From Amoeboaphelidium protococcarum X5 (lineage: Eukaryota; Fungi; Aphelidiomycota): 34,080 nt of DNA. The notes under the pieces are model-generated. The model did not search any database. It was not told the DNA's origin and saw nothing but the letters and a program-made list of their open reading frames with translations. The stretch is from contig JALDTO010000141.1 in assembly GCA_023515725.1 (NCBI GenBank), positions 1 through 34,080 on the forward strand. The letters are read 5' to 3'. This document shows positions 1 to 12,656 of this stretch, in pieces. Numbering within the stretch: the first letter of the stretch is position 1; each line of letters begins with the position of its first letter. Both the position numbers and the translations under genes were made by a program.

Positions 1-2
1 CT

Positions 3-698
3 CATCAATATGGTGGTTACGCTGATAATGAGTATGACGAGGATTAGATTCAAGGCCGTCAGTACAATGCAATCTTTAATGATTAGCCTTAGTAGACTTA
101 TGTTCCTGATTCTATGGATGCCGCACTGACTCAAGCTGATTAGGAGAATGATGGTGGTCTCTATCCGTCTGAGAGAGATGGGAATGTAGAGTCTTTTAAT
201 TCTGATCCTTCAAATGCAGAGGAAGGTTCTGATGCTTAGTACGTAGCCAGTCTGAAATCTCAGAAATTCTAGATGTCTCCTCAGGGTGATATTGAAGCTA
301 GCTATGACTCTCAATTGCGTTCTTACTAAAAGGAGCGTGAGCGCGATTATAAGGCCTAGTAAGAATACTTGAAAAGTCTTCATCACAATCCTGACTCTTT
401 GTCAGCTTAGCTGCAGCGCGATTATAAGGCCTAGTAAGAATACTTGAAAAGTCTTCATCACAATCCTGAATCGTTGTTAGCTTAGCTGCAGGGTGCTGGT
501 GAGCGTGATGAGTAGGACTTTAAAGTTAGACTTGAAAATTCTAAAAGACCTCCACATCGAGTAGATTTTGATCAGGGAGCCTCAGCATTGCCATATGGCG
601 CTTATCCTCACGTAGGCGAAGAATAGAATGGCCATGACGAATAGCCTGGTGTGGACGCATATGATTTTAGCCCTGGTCAGAGTGGCTTTGGCTTTTGA
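3..698 (+). CDS. 3' part of an acidic, low-complexity hypothetical protein with an internal 25-aa tandem repeat (5'-truncated by the window edge)
   Basis: The frame starting at nt 3 is open under TAR=Gln to TGA at 696-698. Asp/Glu/Gln/Gly/Tyr-rich; ends ...DAYDFSPGQSGFGF*. No family recognised. Confidence 0.75.
341..491 (+). repeat. 75-bp coding tandem duplication (2 copies)
   Basis: gcgcgattataaggcctagtaagaatacttgaaaagtcttcatcacaatcctga at 341 and 416. Encodes RDYKAQQEYLKSLHHNP(D/E)SL(S/L)AQLQ twice. Confidence 0.95.
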
Positions 699-804
699 GA
701 GAATTTAATCAGTTGCCGGATAAGAGATATTCGTGGCGAAAATGAGTGCCAATGGTTTAATGAATAGTAGTTTTAATATCTTTGATATTTGATAGTTCTT
801 TTTG

Positions 805-2568
805 TCATACGCTAATCATTTACTTGATGTTCTTCTTATTCACCTTGCCCATAGCATTTCGAGGAAGGGCATCCTTGAAAATGTACTACTAAGGGAGTTT
901 ATAACGATTAAGTTTGTGTTATAAACTATTAGTCAATTTCGTAGAGTCTTTTAGTAACTCATTTTTAACCACAACAACTGCTACAATCCTCTCTCCACTC
1001 TCCGATTGATCATCCAGACCAACGACACAAGCTTCTTAAACTCCTTCAATCTCTAGAAGCGCACGTTCAATTTCCAGCGCCGACACTTTATAGCCTTTAT
1101 GTTTGATTATATCAACAGAATTACGTCCTAGTATATTATAACGGATGTTCTTGCTTTACCCTTGTCCATCAACCTCCCCCGCTTTTGCTAAGGTACAATC
1201 CCTTAAAGCAATATCTCCAGTCTTAAACCAATCACCATCAAAACACTCTGCTGTCTCATTAGGCTTAAGCCAATACTCTATAAACAGATTATCTCCTCTA
1301 ATTAATAATTCTCCAACATTTCCCCTCTGCTAATAGTAATTGTTATTGGGGCGATCATATGTGAATCCTTGGTCATCAGTCCCAGGCGAAAGCTTAGCTT
1401 CCACACCAGGAAATGGATAACCAACAGATCCTTCAATACGCTTATCACCACCTCTGTATGGGTTGGTCAACGCCATTCCAGTCTCAGTCATGCCATACCT
1501 CTCCAGCAACCTAAATCTCTAGATATCTTCATCACTTTCAGCCCGGCAAACATCTCGTTCCCATTGTTTAAAGACTGAGGATGGTAGAGCAGAGCTGCCA
1601 CTCACAAATAGACGAAAGTTATGGATGGATTATGGGCTTGAGTCTCTTAAAGTCAAGACCCGCCTTAACCTTGTCTATTCATCAACACTTTTAGTCTTAA
1701 ATGATTCTATCAGTTTAGTATAAATAGTGGGAACTGCCATAAACAGAGTTAAAGAAGGACCTCCTTGTTATATCCGTTACCAAAATGCTTCAACATTAAA
1801 TCCGTATTTGAGTTTTGATTATGATTTATCGCCATATTGGGCATCTTTCCAAGTGAGAAATTCAATACAAGCACCGTGATAGATAGCGGTCAACACGACA
1901 TTAACCAATCCATGGACGTGATAAAGAGGGAGTACACTGAGGATTCTGTCTTTCTTAGTCCATTCCCATTCTGATGACATGCCCCTAATTTGTGAGAGTA
2001 AAGATTTTTTGGTGTGAACAACTCCTTTTGGCCGAGCAGTAGTGCCACTAGTGTAAATAATTAAAGTTTCATCCTCATCTGACCCATCACTTCGTTAAAT
2101 TTCACTACTTTATTATCTCAAATTGTCTAGATTCAGTAGCTTAGTGTCAAATAAACTTTGATCCATTATCATCAAATCTCTTTCAAACTATAAAGCAGTG
2201 CAATTGTTCTAAATAAAAACTTCCTGGTGTTATTTGAATATACTGGACTGGCAAAGACTGACACTTGATCGCAAATCCCCAAGCATATACGCCAGCTCAT
2301 CAGAAGCAATGTGAGGATTCACCGGCACCATTATATGTTTAGCAAGCCATCCAGCTAGAAGATGGACAACAAATTACGGTGTAGGATCACAGATTATAGG
2401 CACAGGTCGGCGCAACTGACGATCTCCCCATTAGAACCGTTCTGGTTGAGGCAATTGAGAAGCAATCTTGGAAGCCTACCACCACAGCTGACCATAAGTT
2501 AGATTATACTACTCTCCTGCAGCAATCGCTACTCGATTAGAGAATTTAGCTTAATACAACCAACTCAT
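805..2568 (-). CDS. ACSF3: ACSF3/MatB-like malonyl-CoA (acyl-CoA) synthetase, AMP-binding family, 587 aa
   Basis: Motifs [55 protein letters not shown] and [11 protein letters not shown]. Single frame from ATG 2568 to TGA 805 with TAR=Gln. Confidence 0.88.
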
Positions 2569-2656
2569 TTAGTAGTATTACTGTACCTAGTTCACGCGTG
2601 ATTCTAAGTTACAGTATTTGATCGAATTCCAATCTCAAACGGCTGAAACGGAAAAT

Positions 2657-2687
2657 GAGAGAGAGAGAGAGAGAGACAGCGCGCGCG
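2657..2687. repeat. (GA)10 microsatellite followed by a (GC)n tract in a divergent promoter
   Basis: gagagagagagagagagaga (2657-2676), then ca, then gcgcgcgcg (2679-2687), between the divergent starts at 2568 and 2866. Confidence 0.85.
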
Positions 2688-2865
2688 TTTCATTTCGTGT
2701 TTCACTTCAGTCTCGACATAAGTTCTCTCTTTATCTACAGTATTTACTCTTTTAGTTCATAGCGTAGGAGGAGCAATATCATATTTTGGTACTACTGTAT
2801 ATAGTGTAAATTTGTTGTCAATCAATATTTAGATAGAATCCAATTTTGGTCAAGGCTTCAATTTG

Positions 2866-5800
2866 ATGACTTAGTTGGCGGAATTTAGTTCTGCCAACAG
2901 AACTGTTTTGGAGAATGAGAATGAAAAATTGTAGAGTACAGTGTCCGACCTGAAGCAGATGCTGGATGCTATGTAGGTGGAGCGGGACTCTCTTATGGAG
3001 AATATGTTCTAGCTGGAGAATGATAACAAGAATTGTGGTAATAAGTGTCAATAGCTGAAGAATGCGCTGTCTGCAGTGATGCGAAAACTTGGCGAAGGTT
3101 AGAAGGCGGGCCAAGTCTAGGCTAGCATTGTTAAGGAGTGTTAGTCTATTGTGGATGAGTCTGAGCGTAGAATCATGGCGAGTTAAGATAACAGATTGAG
3201 TAATACAAATTCTAGTATATACAGTGAGTTTGGCTCTGAAGTGCACTCGGCTGATGTATCTGTTGATTTTGTTGCCGGTTTGGAGTAATTTGCGTCTAGT
3301 AAGAAGAATGAGTTTGATAAGAGAATATCATAGTTGAGAGACTTTATTGCCTCTTCTCCTGTCAGAAAGTAGTAGTAGATAGTATCGAAGAATAGGAAGG
3401 TCTCTAATGCTGATGATGCTGGTATGAGTGCTCAGAATTCGAATGCTGACGTGCTAAATTTGGAGTCAAAGTAGTAGTCTGCTCCGCGAAATGTGGATCT
3501 TCTTAAGAAGGATAACTCAGGTCTTTTATAGCTTGGTGAAAAATTACTTGCTGATATTTTGAGGCTCTAGCAGTCTCTATCTTAATCTGGTTATCCGAGA
3601 TCTTCTACTCCTACGAATTCCAAGGTTGGTTTTAATTTTATCAGTTCTGCACAGAGCACGGTTGCGTCTAACAAAGGTGGCAATCCTCATATGTCTTTTG
3701 AAATTGCTGAAAATACTTTTATGTAATCAAATGGTAATGATAATGTTATTGACAGCATTGTCGTGGCTTGTCAGGAGCTGGTCAGTGCTATTAGAAGTCA
3801 TTAAGTATCTCTCGGTGATAGTGAAAGCTTTGATATTATCGAGAGCCTTAAGAAGGAAGTTGAAGAGTTAACAGAGAAATTGAATCAGAAATAGCCTGAA
3901 GTGATAAGCAGCGCTGTTGAATGCAATGATGCAAAGATTGAAAAGTTGGAGTATCAAGTGCATACTTTGAAGAGAGAGAAGGATCAGCTTAGTACCAAGT
4001 GTCAAAATCTCAATGAATAGTTGCAGTTCATTATTAAAGACAAATCTGATGTCAGGTAGTATCAAAGTTTGTTGCGCCACGCCCATACTGCACTGAAAGA
4101 GATGCCTGTCGAGGGAATTGACATTGCTGATTAGGAGTAACTGTTGACGGCTGAGGTGGAAGAGCTGTAGTCTCAATTGCAATCTACTAATAATTAACTT
4201 ATTCTGACTCAGACCAGTTTGCAGTCTGCTTAGTAGGAAGTTGTGCTTCTCAAGGATTAGATCAAGTTATCTGATGCTCAACAGGATCGCATTGAAAGTC
4301 TGGAGGCTAATGCGAATGAAAAGGAGAAAAGTTTGATGCTTCTTCGTCAGAGTCTGAATACTTGTGTGGAGTAGAGAGACAAGTACAAGACAATGTTGGA
4401 GAAGGCGGAATCTTTAGTTCGTTCGTTGAGACATACAGCTGAGAATTCGAACGCTTAGTATAGTACCAAGACGACTGAGAGACTAAAGGAGAAAGATAGA
4501 TAGTTTGCACTGGTTAGAGATGAGCTTGAGTAGAAGAAAGTTGAGTTGGAAGAGAAGATTTTGGATCTTGAGATTGTCACCGAAGAGAAGCTAGAGCTGT
4601 AGCAGAAATTACAGTCTTCGTAAAAGTAGATATCAGAACTTCAAAGTCAGGCGTAGATGAATTTAAAGCAATCTTAATAATCATAAATTCTGTCCAGTTT
4701 CGAGCGTTAAAATGCGGATCTGCAAGCTGAAGTTGAAAGTATTAAGTAAAAGCTCTCGGCGATTGAAAGCGAGAAGCTAGCCGCTGAAAGCACCAATCAA
4801 GAGTTGGTATAAGCCAATAATGATTTGAGTGAGAAAAATGACTAGCTGCTGAAGAAGCAGCAAGATCTGACTAAACAGCTATCCGGCATTGAGTCTACTG
4901 CGGAGATGTTACATTCAGAGATTTAGCGTAAATAGTCGGAGATTGGCAGTCTTTAGTAGCAATTGGAAATCTATGTAAGCAAGTCTAATGTGTACGATAC
5001 TTCTATAGTGAATTAAGAGGAGGAGATAAACTTATTAAAATCAGAGCTGATTAGAGTGAATGAAGAGTTTAACAACGAGCTTCTGAATGCTCAGGATCAT
5101 ATTAGGACCTTGAAAGAGACAATTGATAAGGCAAGTTCTCAGGCTGTCAAGTATAAGAAGGCTCTGAAGGAATCTCGTTAGGAAATTGGTGTCATCGAAA
5201 AGACTTGCGATGAGTTTGAGCGACAGGTTGCTAATTTGACTTCTTAGCTGAAATCGAAGAATGACTAATTTGAGCAGTTGAGATCCTCATTTACATTACT
5301 TTAGACGGAGAAGGACGATTTTGAAGATAAGGTGTCTGGTTGCTTTGATCTCTTGGTTTATGTTGGTGAACAATTGGACATTGCTGATTCTGTAAGTTTG
5401 TTGCAATCGGATGAGTTGTCTATGATCAGGTAGTAGATGGTTGACAAGTTTGCCGACTAGCAATCCACCTTGGTCAAATTCTAATAGTTATAGCAATAGT
5501 TTGATGCTCTTCAGTCACAGTATTAGGATGTTGTTAGTGCGAGCTCTTCTAAGGATCAAGAGTTGATGCTGTCCTTGGAATAGAAATCGCTTGTTATGTC
5601 TCAGTTAAAGTCTGATATGGATACCATGTGCGATAAGTATTCCTCTGTCATATCGCAATTGGAGAGGGAAAAGGCTGAGAAATTGTCTTTGTCTAAGGAT
5701 TTGGAGAAGAAACTTGCAATTATTTAGAAGTTGGAGGTGTCTATAGATTCCATCTAACGTGATCATGATCTTGTGAGACAGGAGTTGGCTCAACATCAGA

Positions 5801-8559
5801 ATACCGCTTTATAATAGTCTCAATCTTTGTTGAAATGTCTTCAAGGTTTTGATTCTGCCTCTGCTGGTAATTTGGAATAGGAATTGTAGATTAAAATGTC
5901 TAGTTTGATTGAAAGATTATCACAGATTGAATCTCAGGTTCATATGTTGAAGAAACTTTAGATGAATAAAAGTCTTAATTCAGCCTTCGAGAATAATACT
6001 CTGGTGTCTCAAGTGTAGCAGCTTACGTAGAAGGGACGTTCTCTGCATAATTAATGCGCTTAGTTGAGTGAGGAGTTGGCGCAGTCATCGGATAAGATTG
6101 TATTATTGTCTTCACAATTGCGGTAGTCAAAGATTGAGAAGGCAGATCTGCAGACGCAGCTTTCTGAATAAAGCACGTAGAATAATAATTTGATTAAAAG
6201 ATGCCGTAAACTGGAGAGACAATTTGAGCAAGCGTAGATTGAGATTGATGAAGTTGTTGTCGATCTGGAGACTGCTCATTTGTAAGAGTAGTCACATATT
6301 CGCTCTCAGCTCAATAAGAAAGTTCACTAGTTGGAGGAGCAGTTATAATCCGCGTAATCTCAGTCTAGTTAATTCAAAAATCAGCTGGAAGTTGTAATCA
6401 ATGAAAAGATTGAGCTTAGTGCAAAGGGCTAGCAGTTGAAGGATAGGAATGAAATTATTGAGTAAGAACTGTGTTAGATTAAGAGTGATATGAATGATAA
6501 GGAGTCTGAATTGAAGGAGGTGCTAGACAGATGTGATTTTATAGAATAGGAGAAATTGAAAGTACAGACAAAGTTTGATGAACTCGTGCACTCATTGTAG
6601 GATAAGTCTTCCATGGTTAAAGAAGTATCCAAGTAGTTTGAACAGGCTCTGAGTGAGAAGGACCGTCTAGAGCGTGATCTCAAGGATGCAAGAGAATATG
6701 CCGCTTAGTTGAAGTTGGTAAATGCTTAACAGTCGTAATTGATGGCTGAGAACGATGTCAATTTACAAAAACTGTCTGATCTGAATGATTCAAATGAGTC
6801 GCTGTTGAATTCCGTATGTAGTATTGTCGATTGCTAGAGAGAATAATTGGATTCAAGGGCGAGTGTACTGATGGCTTAATTGGCAGATTAAAGCAAGTCT
6901 TTGAGTCAGAACTAGCAAATAATCTAGGATTTAGAAAATAAAATGCATCGAATGGAGCAAATCGCAATAGAAAATAGTTACGATATGGATTGTCTGAAGT
7001 AGTAGAAGGATCAGCTGTTAAAGGAGAAGAAGGACTTGTAATAAGCGGTGGCCGAGGTCAAGGATAACTTGAAACAGATTTAACATGAGCGTGATCAGCT
7101 TTAGAATGTTGTTTAAGCTTTTGAAAGATCTGTGTAAGTCAAGAGTGATGAAATTTAAATTCTTCGTGATGAATGTGCTTCAGTCAATGACTTGCTCAAG
7201 AATGTTCCTAATCAGTATGTAGAAAAGGTGAGTCTATTGCAGAATCGTCTTGATGAGATTTTTGTCGCAAATTCTGAACTTTAAGCTAAAGCGGATACTC
7301 TCTAGATGGAGTTGGATGATGCAAACTTGCGTAAGCAATAGCAATAAGAATTGATGCAATCTGAGTAGTTGAAATACGAGGCTCTTCTTGGAAATCTGAA
7401 GTCTGATCTGCAGGCTAAAGATTAGCTTCTATTTAATACTGAGAAGCGTTATGACGATGAATCTAGAGATTTGAGGTCCAAGCTGTAGACTCAAGAGGCT
7501 CAGATTCTTTTAATTTAAATGCAGCTAGACGAATGGTAGAAAAAAGGTGAATTGCTGATAGAAGAAAAGGATCTGGCTTTGCAACAGTTGGAAGAAGTGA
7601 AGTCTAGCTAGGCTGAAGCAGTCGCTGCTCTGGAGGCTGAACTTTCTGAATTCTAATCGTAGTAGGATCATTTGGAGAAGATGACTAGTGAGCTGTATTA
7701 GGTGAATGAAGAGCTTAGACATGAAGTTGTATTAGTTCGTAATCTGCTTGCTGCTAAAGAGGACGAGTTATTGACTGTTAAGAAGGAGAAGGAGAGTCTA
7801 GTTGCAGAACTGGATGAGGTTAAAAAGTCTTTAGAGATCCAATCGGCTTAGATGAAGCAGCTTAAAGGATAAAGTGTCGATTAGTAGCAACTTTAAGTGA
7901 AAGAGAATCGTATTAAATAACTATCTATTGAGCTAGATCAGAGTAATAGCAAGGTTAGCCAGTTATCGCTATAACTGGATCAACTATCTAAGCAGTACTC
8001 AAAGCACGAAGACTCGCGAAAGTAGTTGAAGAGAATGGTGAAGAAGGTGCAAGATGAACTGACCAAGAAGGTGTTGGAAGTTGATTAGTACAAGGAGCAG
8101 ATCGCCAACTTACGTCAAGAGAGAGAAAATCTGCGTCAATAATTGTCTAGCCATACCAAAGAGACTAGTCTTATCATGAGAAGATTAAACGAGGCTGCCG
8201 TCGTGTTGAAGGAAGATAAATCTCATCAACTCCGTGAGAGTGAGCTGGTGGTCGATGATCTGGAATTTAATGACATCTCTCGTAAAAGTGTTGATTAATT
8301 CAATAGGACTATCCAATAGCTCTAGAGTGGTATTCTCACGCCGGCTCATTAGTAGAATCGCGGCAAGTCTAGAATTGTGCCTCCCACACCTGCTGGTCAG
8401 GATGTTGATTCTGTCGTTAGAAAGTACGAGGCTAAACTGGAGACGCTGTATAGACTGTTGGAGAAGGGAGAGCGTGCGTTGTAGACTGGCACTGAACTGG
8501 TGTTGAGAAGATCCAGAAGCAGCAACAACAATGAGCCTCAACTCAAAGTCTCCACTTGA
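2866..8559 (+). CDS. Very large coiled-coil protein, 1,897 aa, family unassigned
   Basis: Frame 1 reads as heptad-like E/Q/K/L-rich sequence from ATG 2866 to TGA 8557-8559, with many in-frame TAA/TAG. Frame spot-checked at several points. No globular domain recognised. Confidence 0.85.
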
Positions 8560-8777
8560 TCTAAATGTTTGGGTTAACTCTTTTATATGAATTAGTTGTT
8601 TTATAGTTTTAAAAAAGGATGATGATAATATACAATGTTATTTTGTAACTGATCATGTTTTAAATTCAAAAGTTAGTCACTAATGCATCCAAGTACGCGA
8701 CGATGTCAATTACCGGCTTGCTTGTCGTGAATAACAACTGCGATATCGATATACATAATCTTACATATTCATCATGT

Positions 8778-11446
8778 TCAAACTAAGCCAAAACCTTTAC
8801 TCTCTTCAATCGCTAAACTAAGGCATCGTTGCATTTACTCGACAGTGTCATACTACGGCAGCAGTAATCTGTTAAAACATGCCATAGATGTAGGTAAGCG
8901 AGTGGAAGTTGTACCATTCTTTTGTATTGAGATGACTATAGATTCAAATCTATCGAATGGAACTCTATCACTCGCAGTGATAAACTCATACAGCTTTCTC
9001 CGTTAATGGTTACTGAATTGATTCAACACTATATCCCAAAATGCTATAATCTGCGGAGAATCTTTTGTAAAACCACCATCCAACACGCAATTCTTTTATA
9101 AAGTGCCAAATATTTCAGAAGAGAACATTTACAATGACTGATTATCTAACGTTCCACAAAGAATCATGCAGAGTTCCTCAGGCCGTAGCATTTTAGCAAT
9201 GTACGGATATTCGTTATTATTCACATTCTACCAATGTCTAATAAATTATGGACCAGATATGACTTGCCAGAAACCAGATTGAAGTGACTTTATCTAATCA
9301 ACTACGGCGGTGTACATATGATATTCAACAAACTTTTGGACATACAGTTCCCTATTTTGAGCGTCGACTTCCACGCTTCCACCATCCCTGATCAGATTAA
9401 CTGAGGCGCCATCATTGAGCTGGATAGTGAAATTCAAGCATAAGATATCTTTCAATGAGCCATTCAAATCTTCATCCCACTGCAGTATCTTTAACAAATT
9501 TCTTCCAGTCACCGGCTTCAGTTAAAAATAATCCGCAAAGGTTGGCTAATGGTCGACATTAAGCAAATATTTGTACATGATGAGAGGAAACTGTAAATTT
9601 ATCATCACATTATTGTACAAAGCCAATCCAATCAAGACGCCAACAAGCCAGTATAAATCTTCCAAAGCTACGGTGCTCCGTTGCATCCAAACCAATTCAG
9701 AATCCTCATCAGCGGCGAATAAACGGGAATCAGCACCAAGTAGATACTCAATACAAAGCTGAAAAAACTCTTTCTATACTCCACCTTGATCAAGTCCTTC
9801 TTCATTGATAAATTAAACTTTCAAAGGTTTATGGAGATCAGCTCTTTTCTACTAGAGCTATTAAAGAGTACTATTAATCAGGTTCAATCGATCCACACAG
9901 AGAACTAGATACGGATTAGCAGAACTCTTTAACAAAGCTATAACGCGAGAGGAATCATGGGATAAAGAAATCTTGTTTAATGCATTCGACCAGCCTTGAT
10001 TAACGAAAGCGTCTTCAAATTAAGTGCTCATGAAGCATAATGACTCTAATCGAAGCAACTTTATCTTCATCTCCGTATCAATTAAAAATGGATAATTCAG
10101 GATGCTGAAATTATTTTAAAGTCTCTTCTGGTTATCTGCAGACAGGTGCAAGTCCAAATTGTGGAAATAGAGCCGACTTACATCTTGAACATTACTCGCA
10201 CTGATATGCGAATCTTTCAATAGAGCAGCATACTTTTAGATAGCCAGATCATAACAACCTCCTGCACTATATTATTAAATAAAGTCATGACTGACCATGG
10301 TAGTGCACTAAAAATACCAGAACGGAATCAATTCTTTCATCTGATATCCGTCAAAGTGATGAATAGATTCAGTAAAAGGATATTTTGCGGCCATATTCTC
10401 ACTGATATTGTAGAAAATGCTCAAGCATTTCGCAGCAGATATCATTGAACATTTACTCAGATCTTCTTATTTCCCAACTTGGAACTTATAATATTAACAA
10501 AATACATGCTTAAATAATAGAACGTGTCCTAAAGCTGTGACAAATCGGTGATGGGGATCTTTTACTTTCATATACTCTTGCACCATATAGGTAACAAACT
10601 AAATTTTGAGTCCACCTCGTATTGATGAAATTACTTGACATATAGAAATCAAAGCATCACCATTAGTGCTGTAATAATCCTCCAAGTATATCAGAGGACA
10701 ACTGAGAAGAATCTAAATACATTTGAAAAACTCATTAGGACTGAGCTAATCTTACGATAAATCAGCACACTGTTCATTGACACTTGCTGCTGATTAAGTA
10801 AACTATCTATTCAACTCAATTTTGCCACTCGCAATAAATTACGAAAGCCTCTGACATATAGACTTGATACCCTCTGTGATAATAAAATTATACCCAACTT
10901 TCTAATCTTAAATCATAGTAATATTCTCTTATGTACCTGACTTTAAATCCATCACTTTATGCCATGCAGCCACTATTTCATCAAAATTATTAGAGCAATC
11001 AAATAATCGCATAAAGTGTTTAATAGACTAAAAGCTACTCTACTCCAGTATTACACTACTTTTAAAGGTATCCACGACTGGATCATGCTCTGATGATTTA
11101 ACAGGACGAGTTACAACGACTTGACTCTAATCATCAGACTAGACTTGATTATCAGTACATAGACATAACATCTTATGGACATTTGTATGCGCAGAATATT
11201 CAAGTGCCAAAGCATTCAATTCCAATTAATCCAAATCTACACTAGATAAAGAGTATTAAGAAGTCACGCAATCATTAATGTTAATAAAATTCAAAATAAG
11301 ATTAGTACTGTACCTATCAATATTTCACTAGGACCACCGATACAACTCTTACAAAGAGAGCATTTGCAATATTTACTCCCACATCCTTATGTAAACTGAC
11401 TGTACAATAACTAAAAGGTGTCAACTGAAGGTGATGATACGGGCAT
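8778..11446 (-). CDS. UBE3A: UBE3A/E6AP-like HECT E3 ubiquitin ligase with N-terminal AZUL zinc finger; exons 11446-11314 and 11236-8778, 863 aa
   Basis: N-terminal LYSQFTQGCGSKYCKCSLCKSC (AZUL-like). HECT motifs EEGLDQGGVQKEFF and RLPTSMACFNRLLLP, C-terminal SKGFGLV* with the -4 Phe. Removing a 77-nt GT..AG intron restores the frame. Confidence 0.87.
11237..11313 (-). other. Spliceosomal intron, 77 nt
   Basis: GTACAG...TATCTAGTGTAG. Contains an in-frame TGA; removal joins AZUL to the HECT frame. The proximal AG 5 nt upstream would be out of frame. Confidence 0.85.
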
Positions 11447-11677
11447 TTTCTATCAATGTTTCAGGCAAAACTAAACAGTGAAACGAAACAGTCGCTTTGA
11501 GTTTACAGTAACTGAAACATTCGGCTCTGTTCATTTGATCTGATCAGAAACTATAAATTCCCCTTCACTAGTGTAAATCGCGCACTATGTATGCGTAGTA
11601 GATACTGAAATACAGAAGGACTAAAAAGCAATTATTCATAAATTTCATCTATTTCTATATAATTTTAACCTTTTGAG

Positions 11678-12541
11678 TCAACCGTTGTATAAGAGAATGC
11701 CCAATTTTTTCCTTATGTGATTTCTCACTTAGGACATTGGCTAGTTAAGCAGCGGCAGATCTTCATGATCAGACATCATCACAGAGAATCGACGGCATAA
11801 GCTGTAAATTTACATTTCGCCCATCGGTTTCTTTATTATGGTAAAATTATCTTCCTTATTAAGATAGTCTAAGCAGTCTTGCAACCAGAAATGCGCTTGA
11901 TATTTTCGTTAGCTCATCGTGCTATAAAATACCTGTGACAAGTACGCGCAGTCCGGAGATTCACACTTTGCACCAGGAGTGTCAAACAGTAGAAATGGAT
12001 CGTATCCCTGGTTGAGCAATATTCTGGCGACATAATTAACACGCTTTCTCTAGTCAATATCATTTATATCATGCATTTAAGATAGCTTTTCCATCAGCAT
12101 TTTATAATCAAACTCTTAAGCCAGCACAATACATTTTTGTACCAGAATATCAGTCATTAGCCAATTGCTTTATATTGCAAGGCTAAAAGAGTCCACACTG
12201 CAAATCACGGGATAATACTCTTCCAACTTGATTAGCTCCAAGGAGGCTATTGCGCATTCTTCGCGTATCAATCGATTGATCAGCGCTTGCTTCTCTAAAG
12301 CATTTAATTCTAATTCTTGATTCTATATACGGAAAACTGTTTAACTTAGGTCCTCACTACATTTGCGCAGATCCTTATTCATGGATAACTTATTAAATCC
12401 TCTTTTAGCAGCATTCAGAAAGCATGGCCAGACGCGTCCACATCCAGGTTAATGATCATTTACACCAGCAACAGATATTATTAGCGTTTAGATCAATATC
12501 AACTATAGCGCTTGCTTTATCATCATCGATATCATCATCAT
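11678..12541 (-). CDS. Hypothetical protein with putative signal peptide, 287 aa
   Basis: Open under TAR=Gln from ATG 12541 (MMMISMMIKQALQLILIQTLIISVAG...) to TGA 11678. No family recognised; exact start among several ATGs is uncertain. Confidence 0.7.
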
Positions 12542-12656
12542 TAAAAAAATGTATTATATTGAAGGGATAATAGAAAAATAGTGGAAAGAGGATAACAAGA
12601 TCAAAATTCACATGTCCATCCGTTAAAAGGGGTAACCTCGTCACTAGATCGCCGTA

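Noticed and set aside
341-491. CRISPR-like or mobile-element repeat
   Set aside because: Two adjacent in-frame coding copies without spacers in a eukaryotic gene. No transposase, terminal repeats, tRNA or rRNA were recognised anywhere in the window.
2818-8541. Minus-strand and alternative-frame ORFs in the supplied track over the coiled-coil gene (and similar ones over the paladin-like gene, TBP, TMC and MFSD1)
   Set aside because: They are antisense or off-frame shadows of real genes and carry no recognisable motifs.
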